A DNA stretch of 64,000 nucleotides from Macrostomum hystrix (taxonomy: Eukaryota; Animalia; Platyhelminthes): NCBI GenBank assembly GCA_950097015.1, contig CATNEN010000037.1, positions 1 through 64,000 on the forward strand, read 5' to 3'. Shown here one piece after another: positions 12,151 to 23,300 of the stretch. Both the position numbers and the translations under genes were made by a program. The notes below the pieces were generated by a model that was given only the letters and a program-made list of their open reading frames with translations, did no database searches and was not told the origin of the DNA. The number at the start of each line of letters is the position of its first letter. Position 1 is the first letter of the stretch.

Positions 12151-13968
12151 ATTATACCTATAAAAAGCATGGAAGATGCTCTACTATCCATGGAGACTAC
12201 CACAGAGATGGAGTCTCTATACAACATGTATGGCTTTGATGGTGTAGCTGAGCCTAAAACTGACATTTCGACTTCATTTGCCACTCCTAGCCTTCCAAGG
12301 TTCGTGTACAATTTATTTCGCCAATTTAGTCAAGCTACTATTACGCAATCAATACAAATGCATCTCACCTGTACCCCATTATTCAGCTTGGACTCTTCCT
12401 CAGTCGCTGACATCGAGGTCAGGCTGCGACCATTGAAACGACTGCCGCCAGACACTCGCTACATGTTCCAACGCTACGGAGACTGTTTAGACGCCCTTGA
12501 CGCCCAATTCGACCTGCTAATGCGTCGCCTTCTCGCCCAGGCTGCGTCAGTAGCAACGGGACTGTCCGACAGTGACAGTGTCGGGCTGTCATTGACTGCA
12601 CCGGACGAAGCCTCCCACGAGCCGTGCCTGCTGATTGGCCGGGTGGTGCCGCCGTCTGCTGCGGCTTCGTCTGCGTCGACGTCTATTGCGGCAACTTCGT
12701 CGACGGCTGCGTCTACTGTCGAAGTGGACGGTCGTTTGGCGCCGCCGGCCCTGCTGCTCGAATGCCCGTCATCGTCAGGCGCAGCAATTGTTAGCGTCGA
12801 TTTAACCGGCTGCTCGAACGGCTCCGGCAGTCGCTATTCATTGTTTCCCGGTCAGGTGATCGGCGTCCGTGGTTCGAATCCCACTGGTAAATTATTTCTA
12901 GCCGACGCCGTCCTGACGCCTTCGCCGCCGCCACCGGTGGAGCTGAAACCGGCTGGTCAGGCCAGCCTGGACTTGGCGCTGGCCAGCGGTCCTTTCGACA
13001 CCGACTCTCTGGCCGCTCTGCTGCGCGCCTGCGCCGGCGGGCGTGACAGGCCGCACGTCCTGCTCATCACCGGCCCTGGCTGGCGTCGAATTACTTCTGC
13101 TGCTTCCGGCAGTGTCGATCCGAATATGGAATCCGCCGCGAAATTCTGTCAGCAGCGCGGAGTACAGCTGGTCATTCAGGTTGGAATTCTGTTGATTCTG
13201 TTCACTTGTATAGCCTTAGCCTACCCTACCAAACATAACCTACCCTACCAAGCATAGCCTACCCTACCAATCATAGCCTACCCTACCAATCATAGCCTAC
13301 CCTACCAATCATAGCCTACCCTACCAAGCATAGCCTAGCCTACCAAGCATAGCCTACCCTACCAATCATAGCCTACCCTACCAAGCATAGCCTACCCTAC
13401 CAAGCATAGCCTACCTAGCATAGTTTATCCTACGAACCCTGGCCTGCAGGCTCCGCCAGGGCCAGTGTACCCGGCCCCAGAGCTGGCTAGCCCGGGCCAC
13501 GGCGCCATCTGCGTCCCCGATCCTGCTCAGCTGCTGGTTGAAACCTCCGGCCACCAGCTGGCCTTCACCGGCATCGACACCGTGGCCCACTTGGCCGCCG
13601 AGGAGGTCAGCGGAGGAGGCGGCAGCGACGCCCAGGACGGTGCCAGCGGAGATCGACTGAGCCGCCTGGCCGGCCACATGCTGTCTCAGGCCTCAATCTA
13701 CCCGCTGCTGCCGTCTCACGACTCACTGCCATTGGATTATCCCCTCTGGGGTGAGCACTGCTCACTGGGCGATCAAACTCCTCATCTTCTAGTTGCAGCC
13801 TCCCAGGTTAAACCGTTTATCAGCCTGCTGCCGGCCGGTGCTAGCGACTCCACCAGCCAACCTCGATGCTGCTTCGTCAATCCTGGCCGACTAGCGCGCG
13901 GCACCTACGCCCGGGTCAGGCTGGCGGCGGATGGCCGGCTAGCTGACGCTCAGATTATGCGACTCTGA
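12151..13968 (+). CDS. POLA2: DNA polymerase alpha-primase subunit B (N-terminus unresolved)
   Basis: Motifs YMFQR, CLLIGRV, DGRL...LLLE, YSLFPGQVIGVRGSNPTG, LASGPF, RPHVLLITGP, PVYPAP, HMLSQASIYPLLP, LDYPL, TPHLLV and CFVNPGRLARGTYARV. Exons 12151/12169-12299, 12387-13179 and 13450-13968 give 480 aa from the ATG at 12169. Confidence 0.92.
13212..13420 (+). repeat. 20-bp minisatellite (tagcctaccctaccaa[t/g]ca) in a POLA2 intron
   Basis: About 10 tandem copies inside intron 13180-13449. Confidence 0.9.
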
Positions 13969-14159
13969 ACTGCCCGGAGCCGGGGACTAGCCCGGCTTTT
14001 CTAGGAATCTGCTGGCTGGACTGGTGACATTTAGAAACTCTTTCAATATTGCTGTCGGCCGCTTAATTAAGTAGACTGTTTCCACCCTTCTAATCCACCT
14101 TTTCCGCCTCTACAATTACCTCCTTTCCGCCTTTACTATTCCCTCTTTTCCGCTCCTAC

Positions 14160-15235
14160 CGTTTCCTCCTTTCCGCCCCTTCTATTCACTCCCTTCCGCC
14201 CCTACTATTCACTCCCTTCCGCCCCTACTATTCACTCCCTTCCGCCCCTACTATTCACTCATTTCTGCCCCTACTATTCACTCCCTTCCGCCCCTACTAT
14301 TCACTCCCTTCCGCCCCTACTATTCACTCCCTTCCGCCCCTACTATTCACTCCCTTCCGCCCCTACTATTCACTCCCTTCCGCCCCTACTATTCACTCCC
14401 TTCCGCCCCTACTATTCACTCATTTCTGCCCCTACTATTCACTCCCTTCCGCCCCTACTATTCACTCCCTTCCGCCCCTACTATTCACTCCCTTCCGCCC
14501 CTACTATTCACTCATTTCTGCCCCTACTATTCACTCCCTTCCGCCCCTGCTATTCACTCCCTTCCGCCCCTACTATTCACTCCCTTCCGCCCCTACTATT
14601 CACTCATTTCTGCCCCTACTATTCACTCCCTTCCGCCCCTACTATTCACTCCCTTCCGCCCCTACTATTCACTCCCTTCCGCCCCTACTATTCACTCATT
14701 TCTGCCCCTACTATTCACTCCCTTCCGCCCCTACTATTCACTCCCTTCCGCCCCTACTATTCACTCCCTTCCGCCCCTACTATTCACTCATTTCTGCCCC
14801 TACTATTCACTCCCTTCCGCCCCTACTATTCACTCCCTTCCGCCCCTACTATTCACTCCCTTCCGCCCCTACTATTCACTCATTTCTGCCCCTACTATTC
14901 ACTCCCTTCCGCCCCTACTATTCAATCCTCGCCCCTACTATCACTCCTTCCGCCCTACTATTCACTCCCTTCCGCCCCTACTATTCACTCCCTTCCGCCC
15001 CTACTATTCACTCCCTTCCGCCTCACTCCCTACCGCCCCTACTATTCACTCCCTTCCGCCCCTACTAATTCACTCCCTTCCGCCCCTACTATTCACTCCC
15101 TTCCGCCCCTACTATTCACTCCCTTCCGCCCCTACTATTCACTCCCTTCCGCCCCTACAATTCACTCATTTCTGCCCCTACAATTCACTCCCTTCCGCCC
15201 CTACTATTCACTCCCTTCCGCCCCTTCAATTCCCC
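14160..15235 (+). repeat. 23-bp minisatellite (cactcccttccgcccctactatt) with 92-bp higher-order period
   Basis: About 45 copies. The variant unit cactcatttctgcccc recurs at 14421, 14513, 14605, 14697, 14789 and 14881, every 4 units. Confidence 0.95.
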
Positions 15236-15977
15236 CTTTTCCGCAAATCCTCTAATCTTCCCTCAAAATCCTGATCTTCTCTTTCCGCCTCTACTCTCGC
15301 CTAATCGGGTGTCGTTTTTTTGAGAAGCACTTAAATGCTAGTTGACAACATATTTATATTTATTATACAATTTATCGTGTGGTTTACAGTTTAGGTCATT
15401 TTTCAATCTAGAAAAAAATCGTCTTAAGGCTTTTTAAAAGTTGCTTTTCGTGTAATGTTGTTCTGAAGCATTTCTTCCATCTGCTTTTATCGAAGCCTAC
15501 AAAATTTAGCTAAGTTTAAGTTGTTGCAGCTCTATTGTCTTTAGAAGTGCTTTTGTGTATGCAAGTTGAGTTGCATTTAAATTTTATTGCAATAATCTTA
15601 TTATATAATTGAATTGTTTACACTTTCCATTCGGGTCATTTAATACAGTTCTTAAACATATTGGCATTTATATACCTACTTACAACAGTAACATGCTATG
15701 TTTATAGTTCTATTTTTACACAGTAATCAATGCTTCCCCTTAAATGCCTAGTGCATGTGCCTAATAATCTGGTATAATGTAGTTATTTATTTCATGCCCT
15801 AATTAAATTGTCTATAATTCCTGTAATTTCCTGAGTCTGTGTTTTTTTTAAAACAATTTTTTCGTAAATGCTACTGCCAGTAGCAGTAGGGTATTTAAAT
15901 ACTAAAAAATAGAGACACCGCTTAAGGTAAACTACTGCAAGTAGTGATATTGATTTTATGAATTTGTCTAGTTTATA

Positions 15978-16050
15978 ATCAGGGTTTCGATTCGCGACTC
16001 CACCGTGTTCTTTAAGACACTAAGACACTAAATTCCTCATTGCTTGGGTG
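15978..16050 (+). mobile_element. Degenerate SINE fragment (B-box plus partial CORE-like segment)
   Basis: cagggtttcgattcgcgactccaccgtgttctttaagacactaagacactaaa resembles the head of SINE family A. Confidence 0.4.
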
Positions 16051-16405
16051 CCTGTGAATACTGTAAGCAGAATAAATATTCCCTATATTTGTGGTTCTTA
16101 CCACCAGATACTCCTCTCCAGAGAATATTTTTATTCTAGAAGTTGTCTCCTCGGTTAGAGTAGAAAAATGTAGTCCGTGTTCTGGATTGAGTAAATATTT
16201 TGGGAAATACAGAGGAAAGAAAAATGACTTATAGACTAAATGGCTGTACGCAGAAGAGATGATGAGAGTGTGACTGATTCGTGAATTAAAAAATTCCTAT
16301 TCAGCATTGAAACCACAGCCGAATCTCGCATCCCGATTGGTTGGATGCAGTGCTGCACGAACGCATTAATTATAGCGCATTGCATTTGAAGAACCCACCC
16401 AGCCC

Positions 16406-17597
16406 ATGGACCAGCAGCGGCACTCTTACGAAGAGGGTCGCTATGTAAACAAACTGTTTCGCTGCTTTGTCCTGCGCAGCATTCAAGTCATCCTGCAGAG
16501 CCGGGCTAGTCGCCTGTTCCGATGCGTTTGTCGCGACCACAGCTCTGTTGAGATGCTCGGCCTGAGCTTAGAAGACGATCCCCAGATTGCCCTGTCGGTG
16601 AAGCATCGGCTGGCTGGACTGCCCGATCTGAGACACGGTGACGCCGTCTCTGTGCAAGTCTTTCTCACCTGCTCTGAGAATATCGGCGACGGCAGGGCTG
16701 TTGCTGAGGTCGACGGAGCTGAAGGCGAGCGGCTTTACCTGGAAGTGTGGACTTTTCGCTACGCAGACGAGAACGATCCGCAGATTCGACGAGCTAAGGT
16801 AGATCAGCGATTTTTTATGTTGCTATGCAAATTAGTGACCTTAGCAACGATTAGAATATAGCAATGTCTGGTGTCGAGACTTGACAAACCTTAAAGCTTC
16901 CTTAGCAACGCCCTCAGATATTATTATCTACAAAAATCTCTCGGCACAATGTCTGGGTCTCGGCATCGGTAATTATTTATAATAATAAGTATAATACTAA
17001 GCCCTAATAATATCAACTGTACTTAAGAAATCCTCAGGGTCTTTGTTATCTACAGCTAACATAATGTTAACAACAAATTGAGCGTCCTTGGTAACGCATA
17101 CGTTTTAAGCTTAACCGCATTGATAGGTAGCTCGTAGGTAATTAATTTTTTGTAACCTTAACTGACCATTTCTCTAATCTGAATCCGGCACTCGAACCAG
17201 GCATTCGACCGCCTCACTGTGGCCCTCAAAGCTCTGTGGTCCGTGGCTCGCGCCCTGCCAGCCTATCGCGTAGCGCGTCGCGAAGTGACCGAGCGACGCG
17301 TCTTGTGCTACCGCCTGCTGGCTGGCGCAGCGGATCCGGCCGTCCTGGGGCCGGGCTACCAGAACCGGCGCGTTGCCTCGGTCAGAAGCCTGGCCGGGAC
17401 GCTATCTCTCACCTGCTCGTTTCGCAGTCCAATTCGCATTGGCCCGGAGTCGATGCGGCTGGACGAGGCTCATTATCAGATGGCTGACAGTGTCAGTGCT
17501 GAGGATACAGTCGACACTGTTGATGCTCCAGTTGCTAAAGAAAATGTTGAGTCTATTCTCAAACTAGAGCAGCCGATGAGCATATCAGCGAGTGTTG

Positions 17598-17647
<50 letters not shown>

Positions 17648-18313
17648 GAGGCTAAACTGGCGATCATCAAACAATCGATCTTCTGTCCAGCTGGTCCATT
17701 TGCTAATGGCTACGACTTCGATGTTCCCGATGGCGGCGTCGGTGACTACGTAGACTTTGTCGACGATCTGCCGTTCAGTTCGTTGGTGCTGAATCAGGAC
17801 ACTGCCGCATCCGGTGCGGAAGTTGGCGTTAACGACGAAGACGATGGAGATATTTTCGATAATGACGACATCCTCGAACAGGAAGGTCCTTGCGAATTGT
17901 CGGCGGAATTGTCCGACGGCGAAGACAATGTTGCGGAGAACGATGCCGACAAGTTAGACAATATCGCCGCCGCCGTGTCTGCGACTCAATTGTCTCAGCC
18001 CACGATAGACGAAGCAGCTGGCAAAGCCGTTGACGACGACGCAGAGGACGCCAAGGAGGCGACCGAGTCCTACGGCGTGTTGTCGGAGTATATGCCATTC
18101 GCCAGCGACAGTTCGGCGGCAGATCTGCAACGACTGGAGCAGTTGAAATCTGCCGTTCGATTGGAGATGTTTGCCACGCCGCCGCCGTTGGTCGATCGCA
18201 TCGGCGACATTCCGCGCCAGTTGGAGTTTTTCGAACGCGATCTGGCAGACTTTGATCGAATGCTGAACAACATGCTGGAGCGGAGCAGCGATTCAGAAGC
18301 TGAGGAACTTTGA
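16406..18313 (+). CDS. ATG13: Autophagy-related protein 13 (N-terminal HORMA domain, disordered middle, ULK-binding C-terminus), 501 aa, 2 exons
   Basis: Exons 16406-16798 and 17201-18313, phase 0. Motifs FVLRSIQVILQSR, LYLEVW, FDRLTVALKALWSVARALPAYRVARR and GTLSLTCSFR. The C-terminal FATPPPL...QLEFFERDLADFDRML matches the animal ATG13 pattern. Confidence 0.88.
17603..17644 (+). repeat. Pure (CAG)14 coding tract (polyQ) in ATG13
   Basis: 14 uninterrupted CAG codons in frame. Confidence 0.95.
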
Positions 18314-18577
18314 GCTACTTTTAAAACTGACATGCCATCTCCATGCCGCAAATATCAAGTGTCTTTTATATATACTACTTGATTCAAACAGTGATCAAAG
18401 TAGTATGAAACGCATGTTGCGACGAAGCGCCTCCCCTCGTTGATTACTTTTTTTGTCATTCATGCTCGCCGCCTTTTACGGAGAAGATTAACAGAAGATA
18501 ATAGGAAAATCATCAAATAAAAACATGCTCATTTACTCAAACCTTTCGGAGCAAATGTGCAATAGTCCGTTGGACCA

Positions 18578-19212
18578 TTCTCCCACTTATCCCTCATTTA
18601 TCACAATCAGTTTCTCAAATCTCCCACTTATCCCTCATTTATCACAATCAGTTTCTTAATTCTCCCACTTATCCCTCATTTATCACAACCAGTTTCTCAA
18701 ATCTCCCACTTATCCCTTATTTATCACAACCAGTTTCTCAAATCTCCCACTTATCCCTCATTTATCACAACCAGTTTCTTAATTCTCCCACTTATCCGTC
18801 ATTTATCACAACCAGTTTCTTAATTCTCCCACTTATCCCTCATTTATCACAATCAGTTTCTTAAATCTCCCACTTATCCGTCATTTATCACAATCAGTTT
18901 CTCAAATCTCCCACTTATCCCTCATTTATCACAATCAGTTTCTCAAATCTCCCACTTATCCCTCATTTATCACAATCAGTTTCTTAAATCTCCCACTTAT
19001 CCCTCATTTATCACAATCAGTTTCTCAAATCTCCCACTTATCCCTCATTTATCACAATCAGTTTCTCAAATCTCCCACTTATCCCTCATTTATCACAATC
19101 AGTTTCTCAAATCTCCCACTTATCCCTCATTTATCACAATCAGTCTCTCCATTCTCTCACTTATCCCTCATTTATCACAATCAGTCTCTCCAGTCCCTCA
19201 CTTATCCCTCAT
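18578..19212 (+). repeat. 41-bp minisatellite (tctcccacttatccctcatttatcacaatcagtttctcaaa)
   Basis: About 15 tandem copies downstream of ATG13. Confidence 0.95.
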
Positions 19213-19890
19213 TGAAATCTTATGTAACTAACTGGAAATAAGAAATATAATCGAATCTATTAAGTTATCAACAGAAAAAAATATTTTTTCTTCTGTTTTG
19301 TCTTTTGTCTTTCTCAAGTAAGAAATGGAAATTGTTTGTTATCGTAAAAACTATTTTCTTTAGCCCCTAAACAAGTTCGTCAAACATTATTTATTAGATT
19401 TTGTAATTATTGCGTGCTGTATTGTCTGGTCTTAATTATCATTGTCTGATTGTCTGATTAGTAATTGTTTTGTGATCCGGAACATATTTTTATAAAACTA
19501 CTATAAGTAGAAGCTAATGGACATTAGTGTGAATATGCGTGTCTAGGGTACATTCGCGTCTTTCGTCATTTCGCCTTGTAAAAAATTATTGTAAAACTTT
19601 ACGCATATATATATATATTTGTCGAGCATATGTTCACTTTAATTACTAAGAGTAGGCTAGTAGTTGATGTTATTTTTTTCGCAGCTATGTGAAACTCCTT
19701 CGTCATGCATGTTTAATCAATTTGAAAATAAATTTCATGAGGTTGATTAGAATTGTAACTTGCTCGATTAAATTGATCATCCAGTAAGCATGAATTTATT
19801 CTTCCCATTTAATGCAGACTATAATAATTTTTGTCTGTAAACATTTAAATAGCTCGTACAATAGATGGTGTCTATTCTAAGTGCACATTC

Positions 19891-20225
19891 GGGTGGTGGG
19901 TAGTAGAGCGGTCTGACGCGTTGGCCTCTCGCACCAAGGTCCCTGAGCTCGATTCCAAGGTGAGGCCGCATTTAATTGGTGCACAGCCATAGAGTGATGG
20001 GGCTTTGTCATGCAATTTACGCCTTTGAGGGCTAGGACCAACCTCCAAGGCACAGTGAGAGTGAACACTGTCTGACGATGAGAAAGAGCGTGTGCCTGCG
20101 TACAGTATCTGTGTGCGTGTGTGCTCAGGAGTCAGCGAAATGGGCAGAATTGCCTCCTTGCTGGCTGCGGGTCTAGTGTCACCAAATGATGTGCCATTGC
20201 CTGCAGCCCTCCTGCAATTATTTAT
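19891..20225 (+). mobile_element. tRNA-derived SINE family B, copy 1
   Basis: Shares gcctctcgcaccaagg...ctcgattcc, tgcaatttacgcc...ccaacctccaaggcacagtg and gctcaggagtcagcgaaatggg...gctggctgcgggtctagtgtcac with four other loci in the window. Confidence 0.85.
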
Positions 20226-20362
20226 TTATATATTTAACAAGGGCACATTGTTACCCACAAGATTCGAACTCTTGACCTCTACTAAACAGTGTAGCGACTT
20301 CTTAAAACTTGAAATCCTTCGATCCTAGCTTACAATCGACATCGACATTGCAGACCTTGGCG

Positions 20363-23300
20363 ATGTCATCTGGAGACTCAGCTGAGCCGATGTGGCCCCG
20401 AGAGGCTGCCGCTTGGATTGTGAGCCAGGCGGATCACGTGACTGTGTCCGTGACCGGCATCCAATCGCTGGCCGAAACCTTGCAGCCGGTGTTTGAACGG
20501 GGCGACTATTCTCTGGCTAGTTGGCGTCAGCATTCCTTGAATCCTAAGACGGCTGATGGGCGCGCTGTCGGCTGGGTGTTCCTTGCCGACACGCTAAACT
20601 TCTCATTTTGGTCTGACGCTGAGGTATACTTGGAGTTGTGTCTGGGGAGTGCTACAGACACTGTTGGTTGTTATTGGCGAGTGCTACAGACTCTGTTGGT
20701 TGTTATTGGCGAGTGCTACAGACACTGTTGGTTGTTATTGGCGAGTGCTACAGACTCTGTTGGTTGTTATTGGCGAGTGCTATAGACACTGTTGGTTGTT
20801 ATTGGCGAGTGCTATAGACACTGTTGGTTGTTATTGGCGAGTGCTACAGACTCTGTTGGTTGTTATTGGCGAGTGCTACAGACACTGTTGGTTGTTATTG
20901 GCGAGTGCTACAGACTCTGTTGGTTGTTATTGGCGAGTGCTATAGACACTGTTGGTTGTTATTGGCGAGTGCTACAGACTCTGTTGGTTGTTATTGGCGA
21001 GTGCTACAGACACTGTTGGTTGTTATTGGCGAGTGCTACAGACTCTGTTGGTTGTTATTGGCGAGTGCTATAGACACTGTTGGTTGTTATTGGCGAGTGC
21101 TACAGACTCTGTTGGTTGTTATTGGCGAGTGCTATAGACACTGTTGGTTGTTATTGGCGAGTGCTACAGACTCTGTTGGTTGTTATTGGCGAGTGCTACA
21201 GACACTGTTGGTTGTTATTGGCGAGTGCTACAGACTCTGTTGGTTGTTATTGGCGAGTGCTACAGACTCTGTTGGTTGTTATTGGCGAGTGCTACAGACT
21301 CTGTTGGTTGTGACTAGCGAGTGCTACAGACTCTGTTGGTTGTTATTGGCAAGTGCTACAGACACTGTTGGTTGTTAGTGGCGAGTGCTACAGACTCTGT
21401 TGGTTGTTATTGGCGAGTGCTACAGACACTGTTGGTTGTTAGTGGCGAGTGCTACAGACACTGTTAGTTGTTATTGACGAGTGCTACAGACACAATGTTG
21501 GTTGTTATTGACGAGTGCTACAGACACTGTTAGTTGTTATTGACGAGTGCTACAGACACAATGTTGGTTGTTATTGACGAGTGCTACAGACACTGTTAGT
21601 TGTTAGTGGCGAGTGCTACAGACACTGTTGGCTGTGACTAGCGAGTGCTACAGACACTGTTGGTTGTGACTAGCGAGTGCTACAGACACTGTTGGTTGTG
21701 ACTAGCGAGTGCTACAGACACGCTGTAAAATCATTCTATAACAGGCGGATGCAAAGTTTAGCGTGACCTACGCCGGCGAGAAGCACACTGGCTACTGGTC
21801 CCTGTGCGCCGCCATCAACCGCAGCCTAGACGAAGGCGTCGACCTGCTCGACCCGCGCCAGTGGGTCAGCCTGACCCTGGACCGATTGCGCCACCTGATG
21901 CGCGGCGACAGCGCCGGCTCCGAGATGCCGCTGATGCAGGACAGGCTAGCTTGTCTTCAGGAGACTGGCAAGATCCTGGTTGATCGGCACGGCGGCGATT
22001 TCAACAATGTGCTGCTGGCGGCTGGTGGCTCTGCGAAGCGACTCGTGGAGCTGGTGCTGCGCGAGTTCCCCTGCTACAGGGATGTCTCCTGCTACAAGGT
22101 TGGGAGAAATTATGCTGGAATAAGGATGATGGAATGGGATTGAAGGATGATGGAATGAGATTGAATGATGATGGAATGGGATTGAAGGATGATGGAATGG
22201 GATTGAAGGATGATGGAATGGGATTGAAGGATGATTGAATCGGATTGAAGGATGATGGAATGGGATTGAAGGATGATGGAATGGGATTGAAGGATGATGG
22301 AATGAGATTGAAGGATGATGGAATGGGATTGAAGGATGATGGAATGGGATTGAAGGATGATGAAATGGGATTGAAGGATGATTGAATCGGGAAAGGATGA
22401 TGGAATGGGATTGAATGATGATGGAATGGGATTGAAGGATGATGGAATGGGATTGAAGGATGATGGAATGGGATTGAAGGATGATTGAATCGGGAAAGGA
22501 TGATGGAATGGGATTGAATGATGATGGAATGGTATTGAAGGATGATGGAATGGGATTGAAGGATGATGGAATGGGATTGAAGGATGATGAAATGGGATTG
22601 AAGGATGATTGAATCGGATTGAAGGATGATGGAATGGGATTGAAGGATGATGGAATGGGATTGAAGGATGATGAAATGGGATTGAAGGATGATTGAATCG
22701 GGAAAGGATGATGGAATGGGATTGAATGATGATGGAATGGGATTGAAGGATGATGGAATGGGATTGAAGGATGATGGAATGGGATTGAAGGATGATGGAA
22801 TGGGATTGAAGGATGATGGAATGGGATTGAATGATGATGGAATGGTATTGAAGGATGATGGAATGGGATTGAAGGATGATGGAATGGGATTGAAGGATGA
22901 TGGAATGGGATTGAAGGATGATGGAATGGGATTGAAGGATGATGAAATGGGATTGAAGGATGATTGAATCGGATGAAGGATGATGGAATGGGATTGAAGG
23001 ATGATGAAATGGGATTGAAGGAAATGGGATATGAAGGATGATGGAATCGGATTGAAGGATGATGGAATGGGATTGAAGGATGATGGAATGGGATTGAAGG
23101 ATGATTGAATCGGGAAAGGATGATGGATTGCGGACAGAATGGTTGAGCTGAGTCGGGTTACTGAGGTTGGGGAATTTTGGGATCTAGTTTTATCAAGTAT
23201 ATCTATATTCGGTTTACCGCGATCACTCGCCAGGGCCGCCAAGTCGGCCTGTACAAGCGCGCCCAGATTCTCGTGGCTGACATCTGGGGCGCGCTTGAAG

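Noticed and set aside
14920-15010. Indel-rich repeat units as biologically distinct variants
   Set aside because: The scattered single-base deletions look like uncorrected long-read error.
20649-21378. Cys/Trp-rich repeated ORFs (CYRHCWLLLASATD...)
   Set aside because: They are translations of the 32-bp intronic minisatellite in all three frames, not a gene.
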